Part shown: one piece after another, positions 26,526 through 39,768 of the stretch
How the letters are laid out: every line of letters starts with the position of its first letter
How positions within the stretch are numbered: the first letter of the stretch is position 1
DNA from: Chiloscyllium plagiosum
Taxonomy: Eukaryota
Assembly (NCBI RefSeq): GCF_004010195.1
Contig: NC_057750.1
Coordinates: 1,710,606 to 1,774,605 of the forward strand
Reading direction: 5' to 3'
DNA length: 64,000 nt
Translations under genes and position numbers: made by a program
The notes under the pieces: generated by a model
The model's database searches: none
Seen by the model: the letters and a program-made list of their open reading frames with translations, nothing else
Told to the model about the DNA's origin: nothing

Positions 26526-28298
26526 GTAGTACTGGAGTCACATGTAGGCCAGACCATGTAAGAAACTCAAACCATATTTCATGAATGAATAAGAAACAAA
26601 AACCTGTTATTCCAATCAGCCTCTAATATGAGTCAAAGGTAGATGATTAGTTACTAATGAAAACTTAAACCTTACCCTCTTTAAATCCAAATACACATGC
26701 ATTCATGGCAGCATTCGAGGAGTCGGAGAATTGACGTTTCGGACATAAGGCCACATTCCTGATAAAGGGCTTATGCCTGAAATGTCAATTCTCCTGCTCC
26801 TTGGATGCTGCCTGACCTGCTGTGCTTTTCCAGCACCCCACTCTCGACTCTAGTCTCCAGCATCTGCAGTCCTCACTGTCTCCTTGGGAAAGCCAAATGG
26901 ACTAGAGCAACGGTCCTTTTAAGAATATCTGCAGGGAATGAACAGGAAATATAGCACCAAGTTTTGGACCAAAGTCCAAATGCTGAGAGGATGGTTCCCG
27001 TTGTGGAAGAATCGAGGACCAGAGGGCCCAGACTCAGTGGAAAGGGGCCAATTTCAGACTGAGATAGGGAGGAATTTCTTCCCTCAGAGGGTTGTGAGTC
27101 TTTGGAACTCCTTTCCACAGAGAGCTGTAGGGCCAGAGCCTGTGTGTATATTTAAGGCTGAGACAGATTCTTGACCAGCTGGGGGAAAGGACAGGAAAAC
27201 GGACGTGAGGAATGACAGATCAGCCATGATCCTATTGAAGAGCAGGGTAGGCTCGAGCGGCCAAACAGCTCACCTCTTATCAGAAGCAAAACCTGATATT
27301 GCTGGAAAAGGGCTAGCAGCATCTGTGGAGAGAAATCAGAGTTAACCTTTCGGATCCAGTGAAATAGCCAAATTCTGTTATATCTGATGCATTGAGCTGT
27401 CAACCTTCCTAATAATACTGGAAAATCAATCCAAATTTGACAAGTTTCACAATTTCAATAAATGCGATTAGCAAACGGGTATATAACATGCAGGTGTGTA
27501 ATGGGTTTAATGGGTAACAAGTGGGGTTTAACATGTTGATTTGTAATAGGTGAATAAGGAACAAGTGATTATATAACATTTGGCCATTTTTATGGGTGAG
27601 TGTGTCAAGGAGTATGTGTGGCAGATGGGTATATAATGTGTGATTGGTAGACTTGTACTGGGTGATATAGGTGCGTAAGTTATAGGTTTATAACAGATAA
27701 GCGCATAGCAGTGGCTGTAGATTGGGCAGGTCTATAATGTATGAGTGTTACAGGCAAGAGTGTAATGGGCTGCTAGAGGCTTTTCAGGGTAAATTCTAAA
27801 TTCACTAAATCCAAATCGTTAATGTTGATTTCTCTCCACAGATGCTGCCAGATCTGCTGAGCTTTTCGTTTCTGATTTACAGTATCTGCAGTTCTTTCAG
27901 TATTTATTTAGCTTACATCTTATGATAGACCAAAATGACTTTCTCACAGTTCTGTTGGAATTTTGGTGCTGGCACCTTGCTGGTGATTTCAGCAACCCTG
28001 AGTTCAGCTGCTATTCAGTTGGACTTGAGTCTTGCCTAATGTAGACGTTTTCTTTCTTTTTGCAAAGCCTGAGTGTTACTTCTTCCCCAAAAAAAGTAAA
28101 GAGAGCACGATCTCACTTACTACAGGCTCTTTGTAAGTCTGTGTCCCAAATGAACTCTCTCAGCTCACTGACTGCCACGTGCAACTAATCCAAACGGCAA
28201 GTTTATTTTTACTCTGAGAAGCTTGGTATAGGCAAGTAAATAAAATTATCAAAATCCAGTCTCTTAAAAAATACATATCTTTGTATAACCGATAATGG

Positions 28299-28534
28299 GG
28301 AGAAAGTGAGGACGGCAGATGCTGGAGATCAGAGCTGAAAATGTGTTGCTGGAAAAGCACAGCAGGTCAGGCAGCATCCAAGGAACAGGAGAATCGACGT
28401 TTCGGGCATAAGCCCTTCTTCAGGAAGAAGAAGGGCTCATTCCTGAAGGAGGGCTCATGCCCGAAACGTCGATTCTCCTGATCCTTGGATGCTGCCTGAC
28501 CTGCTGTGCTTTTCCAGCAACACATTTTCACCTC
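28299..28534. mobile_element. Penelope-like short element, family A, inverted pair
   Basis: Inverted arms meeting at hammerhead cores; degenerate TSD TAACCGATAATGG (28286-28298) / TAACCAATAACGG (28535-28547). Confidence 0.85.
28396..28423 (-). ncRNA. Minimal hammerhead ribozyme core
   Basis: CTGAAGA-A-GGGC-TTAT-GCCC-GAAAC-GTC: both conserved boxes, 4-bp stem II, palindromic ACGT stem III, GUC triplet. Confidence 0.75.
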
Positions 28535-29614
28535 TAACCAATAACGGATAGTTTCACTTTTCTTTGAGGTCTTAGAAAGAACTCAGTCATTCTCCACAGC
28601 TAAGGGCAACTGGGGACAGGCAATAAATGCTGGCCAGCCAGCTACACCCATATCCAAAAAGTGTATACAAAAGAGGTTAAGCACTCCAAACTACCATTTT
28701 TATTTATTTAACGTAAAATATCAGATGTCTTTAAAGAGAAATATGGTAACTAACAGAATGCAACAGAAAGAGACAGGTAGAAGCATAGAGGAATCTCTTT
28801 CCTTCTCATAAAGATATCTTGGCTCATGCACTTTAACTTTCCCCAACAGCTTGACACTAACAGAAGCTTATTGTATGAAGGAGCAAGGCAAAGTCTGCAT
28901 TATGCCAGATGTAGAGGTCAGAAACTGTTCTCATAGCTGTGCCAGATTTCCAGAATATTAAATCATGAGAAGAGCAAGGAAACCTTATAAAGGTAAGTTC
29001 CGTGAAGATTTGGGAATTTTTCAGCACCCTGCTTGCAAAGGGTAGGGATGAGTTGGATAGCTGTTTCACAGGGCCAGCACAGATACAATGGTACGAGTGG
29101 TCTCCTTCTTTGCTGTATCACTCAATGTGTTTTTGCAGCTGGATTCTATCTATGCAAAAAACATTCTCAATCTGTGTTTCATGGAGAATGACAGCTATCT
29201 CACTGCAGCCGAATTGAAAGACTCAGTGGTGAATAACAACACAATTGCGTGGGCTCATGTTGTCTAACTGAAAATCATTAGACTTTGACATCTGTTTTCC
29301 ACCATATTAATTAGATATGGAAGAAAGACATGAACTCGTCACTGATCCTTGTTCCCACCACAAGCAAAGGGCCAAATAATGCATAAATGGAGAGACACAG
29401 TCTGCCAGTGTATTCCTTTATGAAACAATTGCCTTTTTGAGGATGAGCAGCAGTAATGGGATACAGAGAGGCAGAGAGTGTGGAGCTAATGACTGTGTCA
29501 TTCACCCAAGTTTTACTGGCTTCTGACTGTTTTTCACTCTACACTCAAACCAATTAATAGCTAAATCTACAGGTACCATGAGCTCACCATGAAAATCAGC
29601 TGATTCAGCCAGTT

Positions 29615-30700
29615 ATAGAGTCATACAGCACAGAAAGAGACCCTTCGGTCCAACTAGTCCATGCCGACCATAATCCCAAACTAAACTAGTCCCACCTGCC
29701 TGCTCGTGGCCCATATTCCTCCAAACATTTATTTTTCATGTACTTATCCAAATGTCTTTTAAATGTTGTAACTGTACCTGCATCCACTATTTCCTCTGGA
29801 AGTTCATTCCACACATGAACTGCTCTCTGAGTGGAAAGAAATTGCCTCGCAAGTCTTTTTTAAATCTTTCCCCTTTCACCTTAAAACTATGCCCCCTAAG
29901 TTTTGAAAATCTCCCACCTTAGGGAAAAGGCACCTTCCATTCACCTTATCTATGCCTCTCATGATTTTATAAACCTCTATAAGACCATAAGGCATAGAAG
30001 TGGAAGCACGGCCATTCGGCCCATCGAGTCCATTCTGCCATTTAATCATGGCTGATGGGCATTTCAAGTTTCACTTACCTGCACTCTCCCCGTAGCCCTT
30101 AATTTCTTGCGAGATCAAGAATTTATCAATCTCTTCTTTGAAGACACCCAATGTCCAGGCCTCCACTGCACCCCATGGCAATGAATTCCACAGACCCACC
30201 ACTCTCTGGCTGAAGAAATATCCCCTCATTTCCATTCTAAATTGACCCCCTCTAATTTTAAGGCTGTGCCCACAGGCCCTAGTCTCCAGGCCTAATGGAA
30301 ACAACTTCCCAGCATCCACCCTTTCTAAGTAATGCATTATCTTGTAAGTTTCTATTAGATCTCCCCTCAACCTTCTAACCTTGAATGAATATAATCCCAG
30401 GATCCTCAGCCAATCATCATAAGGTCACCCTTCACCCTCCTACACTCCACTGACTAAAGTCCCAGCCTATTCAGCCTCTCCTTATAACTCAAACCCTCCA
30501 TTTCCAGCAATATCCTGGTAAATCTCTTCTGAACCCTCTGCAGCTTAATAATATTCTTCCCATAACAAGGCAACCAGAACAGGACATAGCACTCCAGGAG
30601 AGACTTCACTAACATCTTGTACAATTTCAACATGACGTCCCAATTCCTATACCCAAACGTCTGAGCAATGAAGGCAAGTGTGGAAAATGCCTTCTTAAAC
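29615..30700 (-). mobile_element. CR1 LINE fragment with a second CR1 subfamily nested at ~29984-30418
   Basis: Host sequence breaks at ...CTCTATAAG and resumes ATAAGGTCACCC. The insert has its own RGDLIETYKIM...WNSLP ORF and tail. Confidence 0.85.
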
Positions 30701-31002
30701 TCCTTATGTCAATGTTATGATTGTGACAATTCTCAGCAGGACCGCACATGCTATACTGCGTTTACTTGGCTAATTCAGCATGAGAATAGGTAAAGACAAT
30801 ACCCTTCCCATCCAAAGCTACATTCGCAGTAATGTATTTCAATCCTGCTGAGGCTTCAGCCTTCTCTATTCCTACACCCTGCTCCAGCCCTGAAATCCTG
30901 CACCATTTCTGTGAATTCTAACCTCTTAAGGTTTCCCAATTTCAGTTGCTCCACCATTCAGCTGGGCCTGAGTCCTGGCTCTGAAATTCCCTCCTAAAAC
31001 CT

Positions 31003-34000
31003 TGGTGGTGATGAGCTGCCTTCTTGAACCGCTGCAGTCCACATGCTATAGGTAAACCCACAATGCCCTTAGGGAGGGAATTGCAGGATTCTGACCCAGC
31101 GACACTGAAGGAATGGCGATATATTTCCCAGCCAGGATGGTGAGGGGCTTGGAGGGGAACTTGCAGGGGGTGGTGTTCCCATGTATCTGCTGCCCTTGTC
31201 CTTCTAGATGGAAGTGGTCGTGGGTTTGGAAGGTGCTGCCTGAGGATCTTTGGTGAGTTTCTGCAGTACATCTTGTAGATGGTACACACTGCTGCTACTG
31301 AGCATCAGAGGTGGAGGGAGTGGATTGTGAGGATGTGGTGTCAGTCAAGCGGGTTCCTTTGTCCTGGATGGTGTTGAGTTTCTTGTTTAATTGTGACAGT
31401 ATAGAGGGAGCTTTATTTTAACTTTGTATTTAAGTTGTTTAGGAAAATTGCACGGGCAGAAGTTATGTTTTTGTTATTGGAGTTGCACTCATCCAGGCAA
31501 GTGGGGATTATTGTATCATATTCCAGACTTGTGCCTTGTAGATGGTGGGTAGGCATTAGGAAGTCAGGAGGTGAGTTACACATTGCAGTGTTCCTAGCCG
31601 CTGACCTGTTCTTGTAGCCACTATGTGGTGAGTCTCGTTGAGTCCCGTTGAGTTCCTGTTCAATGGTAGCCAAGGATGTTGATAGTGGAGGATTTAGTGA
31701 TGGGAACACTATTGAATACCAAGGGATGAGGATTAGATTGTCTCTTATTGACTATGGTCAAAGCCTGGTATTTGTGCGGCATGAACGTTACTTGCCACTT
31801 GTCAGCCCAAGCCTGGATATTATCCAGATCTTGCTGCGTTTGAACATGGACTGCTTCAGTATCTGAGGAGTCGTGAATGGCGCTGAATAGTGTGCAGTTC
31901 ATCAGTGAACATCCCCACTTCTGACCTTATGGTGGAGGGAAGGTCATTGATGAAGCAGTTGAAGATGGTCGGGCTGAGGACACTACCCAAGAAACCCCTA
32001 CAGAGATGTCCTTGAGATCAGTTGACCGATCTCCAATAATGTGTCAGGTATGATTCCAGCTAGCAGAGAGTTTGTCCCCATTACCCATTGATTCCAGTTT
32101 TGCCGGGGGTCCTTGATGCAGCCTTGACCCGGAACCGCAACACAATTATTTTGCCCTGAGACATGGTTCAGTGATATGGTCACTGGGCCAGTAATCCTGA
32201 GCCACAGGCTAACACTCTAAGGGCAATGTGTGAACACCATCTCATTTTTTTTTTCTGTATTTTTGATTGTGGACTGAAATGGGAAAAGAACAGTCGAATG
32301 CAGCCTTGACGTCAAGGGCTATCCCTGTCCCCTCCCCTCTGGAATTCAGCTCTTTTGTCCATGTTTAAACCAAGGCTGGAATGAGGTCAGGAGCTGAGTG
32401 ACCCTAGAGGAACCCAAACTGGGCATCACTGAGCAGGTTATTGCTGAGCAGTTGCTACTTGATAGCCCTGTTGGTGACACCTTCCATCACTTTACTGATG
32501 ATCAAGAATAGACTGATGGGACAGAAGTTGGCTGGGTTAGCTTTGTGCAGGACATATCTGGACAATTTTCCACATTGTTTGGTAGATACCAGCATTGTTG
32601 GTGCACTAGAACAGGTGGGCTCAAGGTGCAGCAAGGTTTAGAACACAAGTCTTCAATACTATTGCCAAATGTTGTCAGGGCCCATATCCTTTGCAGCATC
32701 CAGTGTCTGCAACCATTTCTTGATTATCAAATGGAGTGAATCGACTTGGCTGAAGACTGGAATCTGTGATAATGGGATCCACTGGAGGAGGCAAAGATGG
32801 ATCACCCATTCAGCACTTGTTGCGAATGCTTCAGCCTCATCTTTTGCACTGATGTGCTGGGCTCTTCCATCATTGAGGACCTGGATATTTGTGGAACCTA
32901 CTCCTCCAGTGAGTTGTTTAATTGTCCACCAGCATTCATGACTGGATGTGGAAGGATTACAAAGCTTAGATCTGATCCATTGGTTGTGCCATCACTTAGT
33001 TCTGTCTATCACTTGCTGTTTGTGCTGTTTGGCATGCAAGTAGGCCTATCAGATTGACATCTCATTTTCAGATATGTCTGGTGCTGCTCCTAGCATGCCC
33101 TCCTGCACTCTCCATTGAGTCAGGGTTGATGGTAATGGTCGATTGGGGGATATGCCGGGCCATCAGGTAACAGGCTTTGCTGGAGTACAGTTCTGCTGCT
33201 GCTGATGGCCCACAGACTTCATGGATGCCCAGTCTTTAGTTGCTAGATCTGTTCAAGGTCTGTCCCATTTAGCATGGTGACAGTGCCACACAACACAATG
33301 GAGGGTATTCTCAATGTGAAGGTAGGACTTTGTCTACACAAGGACTGTGCGGTGGTCACTCTTACCGATACTGTCATGGACAGATGTTTCTGCAGCCAGC
33401 AGATTGGTAAGGATGAGGTCAAGTATGCTTTTCCCACTTGTGGGTTCCCTCACCACCTGCTGCACATTCTAGCAGCTACGTCCTTTAGGACCCGACCAGC
33501 TCAATCAGTATTACCACCACCAAGCCACTCTTGATGGTGGACATTGAAATCCTCTACCTACAATACATCTTGTGCCCTTACCATCCTCAGTGCTTCCTCC
33601 AAATGTGGTTCTGATTTATCAGCCAAGGGAGGGCAGTACATGGTAATCAGCAGGAGGTTTCCTTGCCCGTGTTCAACCTGAAGACATGAGATTTCAAGGG
33701 GTCTAGAGTTAATGTTGAGGACTCTCAGGGCAACTCCCGCCCAACTGTTTATCACAATGTGCCGCCATCTCTGATGGGTCTGTCCTGCCGGTGGGATGGG
33801 ACAAATCCAGGGGTGGTGATGGTGGTGTCTGGGACATTGTCTGTAAGGTATGATTCCGTGAGTATGACTGTGTCAGGCTGTTATTTGACTAGTCTGTGAG
33901 ACAGCTCTCCCAATGTTGGCACCAGCCCCCAGATATTAGTGAGGAGGACTCTGCAGGGTTGGCAGAGCTGTTTCTGCCATTGTCTTTTCCGATGCCTAGG

Positions 34001-34065
34001 TCAATGCCAGGTCCCTTTGGTTTCAATTCTTTGTTGCTATTTTGCAGCGATTGATATAACTGAAT
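31003..34065 (-). mobile_element. Decayed, internally deleted CR1/L2-group LINE (APE endonuclease to RT and 3' end)
   Basis: Fragments GQGNLLLITMYCPP (endonuclease) and QQDLDNIQAWADKWQVTF (RT); many stops and frameshifts. Confidence 0.85.
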
Positions 34066-34442
34066 GTTTCTGAGGGCAGTTAAGAGTCAACCACATTGCT
34101 GTGGGTATGGAGTTACACATAGGCCACATCAGATAAGATGGCAGATTTCCTTCCCTAAAGGTCATTAGTGAACCAGACAGGTCTTCCTGATAATCAACAA
34201 TGGTTTCATGGTCTTCAGTTGTTTCTTAAAAAGAGATATTTTGATTGAATTCAAAGTTCACCAATTGCTGTGGTGAGATTTGAACTCAGCACATTAACTG
34301 AGTTTTCTGAATGAATAGTCTAGTGATAATACCACTAGGCCATCACCTCCATTTCAATTGAAGCACAGTTGGAAAATCACATGAGTGATTATTGTGTGGT
34401 TTTACTTTTATGGTACAAAAATGCAAAAGAAAAAATGTAAAA

Positions 34443-34448
34443 TTTATT
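34443..34448 (-). terminator. GMFG: Putative polyadenylation signal of GMFG (AATAAA)
   Basis: AATAAA on the minus strand ~60 nt after the stop codon, followed by T-rich sequence. Confidence 0.6.
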
Positions 34449-34510
34449 TAATATGTCTTAAACACATTAAATTTTCAGAAATGAACACTTTTTAAAGATT
34501 GTGCCAGTAA

Positions 34511-34582
34511 TCAACGAAAGAATGCGAGTTTCTCACGCAACCAATCCTCGGTAAGTTCATCAATGTTCCGAATCTCAAAGAC
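34511..34582 (-). CDS. GMFG: GMFG exon 7 (72 nt coding): VFEIRNIDELTEDWLREKLAFFR-stop
   Basis: aaacAG|gtcttt...cgtTGA. The seven exons sum to 429 nt = 142 aa + stop, the canonical GMF length. Confidence 0.96.
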   Translation of the reverse strand, partial: VFEIRNIDELTEDWLREKLAFFR

Positions 34583-35611
34583 CTGTTTTCAGTCAATAAG
34601 AGAGAAATGAAGATGTATAAGCACCATTCATACACAGAGCTTCTCAATAAACCTTCACCAATCATTAATGTCTGTCTCTAATTTTGCAAAGCTAATATCA
34701 ATTCTCAATTAGAAAGTGCTAAAGGTTTGAAAGCTTTATCAGGAACATCACTTGTTCTTGACACTCTTTGTTACCCGGAACCGCAACACAATTATTTTGG
34801 CCTGAGACATGGTTCAGTGATATGGTCACTGGGCCAGTAATCCTGAGCCGCAGGCTAACACTCTAAGGGCAATGTGTGAACACCATCTCATTTTTTTTTC
34901 TGTATTTTTGATTGTGGACTGAAATGGGAAAAGAACAGCCTAACAGAGAAGGACCAAGGAAGGAAATTTAAAAAGCAATTCACTGAAAATCATTGTGTGT
35001 TGTCTTTACTCTGCAACGTTGTTCAAGCAAAGGGAAAACTGCTTGCAGATGAGCGAACACAGTGAGATTGGGCCGTCGACAGGTTGCTGATTGGGTAGTG
35101 GAGTTGTGACCAGTTGTAGATGGCAAAGGTCATTATCCTAACAACAACTATCTGATTGGCTATAGGGTAATTGAATAGCTTATGGATGTGTACAATACTG
35201 GCAGAAGCCTTTGGACTGCTGTAAGACGGATAGTATATCTTTCTCTCCAACAAAATACCTAAAGCCTGAAAAGAAAGTTTATTTTCCCGAAATAAAAAAG
35301 GCAAAGAACTGTGGTGCTGGAAATCAAACAATGCTGGAAAATCGCAGCAGATTTGGCTGCATCTGTAGAGAGAAGGCAGAGTTAATGTACTGGGTACAAT
35401 GATCCTTATTCAGAACAGCCTGCGGAGGTTTTCAAACAATTTCTGAGTTTATTTTCCCCCACCAGTTGCTGTAAGCCGTGCCCTTTAACCAATAACTAAG
35501 AGATGTTGCAGTTGGTATGCCAACCAACCTTGCCTCCTCTGAAGTAAAAAGAACTTAAGTGGAGAAGTTGAAGATTAAAAATACTCTGGCAAGTAAAAAT
35601 ATCATTTTAGC

Positions 35612-35834
35612 AACCCCTGTGAACTTTGAAGACCGTGGACCGTGGATCATGATCCCTGTGGGCCGAGAACCCTGTGAATTAGGAACCCTATGAATTGGGC
35701 ACCTTATGGACCATTAACCCGGTGGATTGGGAAACCTTTGGACTATGAACCCTGTGGAGCAGGAACCCTATGCTTCCCCAATTTATTTTTAGTCCACCCA
35801 AAACACCATTCTGTGTGTGTGTGTGTGTGTGTGT
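35612..35834. repeat. Degenerate ~16-bp tandem repeat (GAACCCTGTGGA...) followed by a (TG)n microsatellite at 35813-35834
   Basis: Direct inspection. Confidence 0.7.
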
Positions 35835-38743
35835 AGATTTTTGTGAAGGGGTCCAAACTTAACTGGTAGAATTAATGGTCAACAGTTCAAAACCTGTGAT
35901 TAGAATCTTTTACTTCCAATAAAAGAAGAGGGTTCGTGTTAAGAACAGACATGTAGTGTGTCTTTTCTGTTAACCTGGGTCTATGTGACAGATAAATGGG
36001 AGACTTTGCACATGCTGGTAACATTTCTAACTGTTGTAATAACTCCAGGAAAGCTGGGCTTGATTTTGAGTGTGTTCCCCCGGTGAGATGTAACAATGAT
36101 AGCTCATGGAATTCAAGTTTGTTTAACAAATGTGAAAATAAAAGCTATGAGGATGAAACTACCATCAAATATTGTAAAAACCTATCTGGTTCACTAATGT
36201 GCCGTGATGGAAGGACATTTGCCCAGCAAGCCACTCTATCCACGGTCAATTGGGGATAGAGCAACAAATGCCAGTACTGTCAGTGACACCCACATCCCAC
36301 TTATAAAAATCATACAGATAACCCCTGAGGTTTGGAGATTGTTCCTAATATTCATCTGGAGTAGCACCAAGAGGTATAGACTTGGGGGGCAGGTGGTGAG
36401 AAAAGGTCCAATACAGATGGTCATCCATACGGTGAGTGTGCACCAATACTACTCAAAGTGAGTAATCTATCAACACAACAACCTCAGGAACAGTCATCAG
36501 AGTGAGGTCCGAGATAGAGAAAGAATATGGAAAATGTGAAGCATACCAAGAACCATTTGAAAGTCAATGGAACTGAAGCTTGTTTTCAGTTCCTTTTAAT
36601 GACAGGGACAGGGTCCTCACATTACTGGAGCAGATGTGTATATTTTTCATTTGTTTCTCCTATATATAAATGTCACCAGCTAGGCCAGAAATTCATAGAT
36701 CTATAGAATCCCTATAGTGTGGAAACAGGCCATTCGGCCCAACAAGTCCACACTGACCCTCCTCCTACCCTAACCCTGTAACCTTGCATTTCCCATTGCA
36801 AGTTCTCAGAAAGAATCACTCAACCTGAAACATTAACTCTGATTTCTCTCCACAGATGCTGCCAGACCACCTGAGGTTTTCCAGTAATTTCTATTTTTGT
36901 CACTGGGCGAAGTTGTTTGCCATGTTCAGCTCCTAATGATGCACGTTTCTGGCATTTAGAGGGATTGTTGTGGTTGAGACACAACCACATGTGGTATTTC
37001 CAACATGACGCATTATCTCTGGGCACATTAAAATGGAAAGCAATCTGTTAACTGAAGTTCTGGTGTACATTCCCACACCAACGAAAGAGACCACTGGGAA
37101 CTGCAGGGAATCTCATATAATCACAGAAAAATCCAAAAACAATTCCAACAAAGGAAATCGCCTTAATGTGTGTTGACTGCTGGATTGTGCACAAGATCCC
37201 TCAAAATGTCATGCTTGACGGGCTTAATTGCGCAGGTGAGTTATTCAGGGGAATCCTTCCTTTGTGTTCAAGGTGCTGCCATATCTCCCTGAACCAGCAG
37301 AGCAGGGGCCTCTGTCACATTGTATCTGAAAGATTCCGTCTCTGACAACATGGTACTCCCTCAGTCTGGCACTGGAGATACCAAGTAGGGTTTACTCCCA
37401 GGTTTCAGCACTCTGTCATTCAGGCCCCAAGCCAAAAAAAATCCAGTCCAATTGTTTCTTCTCTGCCCACAATGTCCAGGAAAGTTCCTGCTTTGATTGC
37501 CTGCTTTGAGTTGATCTGAACTGGGTCAGTTGTGGTAGTGAAGATATACACTGGGTTACAGTTGGGATGCTATTTCCTCTAACTGATATCCAATGGCCAG
37601 CAATAGACATAAGCATTGAGCAAGAATGAAGGTCTTTGGATAATCTTGATAACCCTTTGACAACCCTCAGATAAGACTGTGATCAAAAGTTGGTAGTGGG
37701 ATAGTTCAGTAGATATTTGGAAAAACATAGTTTGATTACAGATAGTCAGCATGGCTTTGTGAGGGGCAGGTCATGCCTCACAAGCCATATTGAGTTCTTT
37801 GAGGATGTGAGGAGACAAGTTGATGAAGGTCGAGCAGTGGATGTGGTGTACAGTATATGGAATTCAGTAATGCATTTGATAAAGTTCCCCATGGCAGGCT
37901 CATTCAGAAAGTTAGGAGATATGGGATATAGGGAAATTTGGCTGTCTGGATACAAACTTGGCTGGCTGGAAGGAGACAGCGAGTGGTAATGGATAGAAAG
38001 TATTCTGCCTGAAGGTCAGTGACCAGTTGTGGCCCGCAGGAATCTGTTCTTGGGCCTCTGCTCTTTGTAGTTTTAATAAATGACTTGGATAAAGAAATGG
38101 AAGGGTGGGTTAGTAAGTTTGCCGATGACACAAAAGTCGGTGGTGTTGTAGACAGTGTTGAGGGTTGTTGCAGGATACAACAAGACACTGAAAGGATGCA
38201 GAACTGGGCTGAGAAGTGGCAAATGGAGATCAACCTGGATAAATGCAAAGTGATTCATTTTGGAAGATTGAATTTCAACTAATACAGGATTTGTGGCATG
38301 ATGGAGGAACACTGGGATCTTGTGGGTCCATGTACATAGATCCCTCAAAGTTGCCACTCAAGTTGACAGGGTTGTTAAGAAGGCATACAGTGTTTTGGCC
38401 TTCTTTAACAGGGGGAATTGAGTTTAAGAGCCATGAGAATTTGCTGGTTAGAATGGAATGTTGTGTCCAGTTCTGGTCACCTCATTATAAGAAGGATGTA
38501 GATACTTTAGAGAAGGTACAGGAGATGCTGCCTGGATTGGGGACATATCTTATGAAGAGAGGTTGAGTGATCAAGGGCTTTTCTCACTGGAGAGAAGAAG
38601 AAAGAGAGGTGACTTGATATAGAGTACAAGGTAAAGACAGGAATATATAGAGTAGATAACCAAAGATTTTTTTCCCCAGGGCAGAAATGGCTATCACGAG
38701 GGATCACAATTTTAAGGTGATTGGAGGAAGGTATAGGGGAGAT

Positions 38744-39244
38744 GTTGTGGTTCTGTTCGCCGAGCTGGAAATTTTTGTTGCAACCGTTTCGTCCCCTGTC
38801 TAGGTTACATCCTCAGTGCTTGGGAGCCTCCTGTGAAGAGCTTCTGTGGTGTTTCCTCCGGCATTTATAGTGGCCTGTCCCTGCCACTTCTGGTTGTCAG
38901 TTTCAGCTGTCCGCTGTAGTGGCCGGTATATTGGGTCCAGGTCTATGTGTTTGTTGATGGAGTTCCTAGAAGCATGGCACTCATCCACAAAGTCCATCAA
39001 CAAACACATCGACCTGGGCCCAATATACCGGCCACTACAGCGGATAGCTGAAACTGACAACCGGAAGCGGCAGGGACAGGCCACTATAAATGCCGGAGGA
39101 AACACCACAGAAGCGCTTCACAGGAGGCTCCCAAGCACTGAGGATGTCACCTAGACAGGGGACGAAACGTTTGCAACAAAAATTTCCAGCTCGGCGAACA
39201 GAACCACAACAACGAGCACAAATCTTCTCCCAAACTTTGAACAC
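38744..39244. mobile_element. Penelope-like element remnant, family D, with 218-bp inverted arms
   Basis: Arms 38744-38961 and 38993-39210; GIY-YIG C-terminus-like EFLEAWHS...SINKHIDL; TSD GTATAGGGGAGAT(GT) at 38731 and 39245. Confidence 0.85.
39138..39171 (+). ncRNA. Hammerhead ribozyme-like core in the family D element
   Basis: gca-CTGAGGA-T-GTCaCCT-AGAC-AGGgGAC-GAAAC-GTT-tgc: boxes, stem II and a short stem I (GCA/TGC). Confidence 0.6.
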
Positions 39245-39768
39245 GTATAGGGGAGATGTCAGAGGGAGGTTCTTTACACAGAGAGTGGTGGATGAGTGGA
39301 AGGCATTGCCAGCGGTGGTAGTGGAGTCAGAGACATTAGGGACATTTAAGCAACTGCTGGACAAACACATGGCTGACAGTAAATTGAGGGGTGTGAAGGT
39401 TAGGTTGATTTTAAATCAAGATAAATGCTCTGCATGACATTGTGGGCTGAAGGACCTGTACTGTGCTGCACTGTTCTCAGTTCTATGTTCTGCACTCTAA
39501 TGGGAATGATCTGTGGTGATGGGGCTTGTTGAAATCTACCAGACTTCCTCCCCAGTCATTCTCAGGATAGGCTCAGTTTGTCCATTCAATGACTCCTCAA
39601 AGTCACTCTCTTGCCTCAGACCCAAAGAATGGGTGAGGTTGTACACAGAATCCCTTGAAACTGCATCCGACACAAATCACAACCTCCCCGATCAGAAATA
39701 AACCAATGGGAGCCTTTAATAGTCTTGGACAGTGTAACGAAAGGCCCCTGTTACGGAGGTGTACCCAC

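Larger units (their letters stand above)
37715..39490 (+). mobile_element. CR1 LINE (RT to 3' end) in GMFG intron 6, interrupted by a Penelope-like insertion
   Basis: QHGFVRGRSCLT, VLGPLLFV, FADDTKVGG, FFTQRVV motifs. Confidence 0.92.

Noticed and set aside
1611..34400. LRFN1 or interferon-lambda coding exons expected from human synteny
   Set aside because: No LRR/Ig exons or IFNL-like peptides were seen on reading. Very divergent small exons could have been missed.
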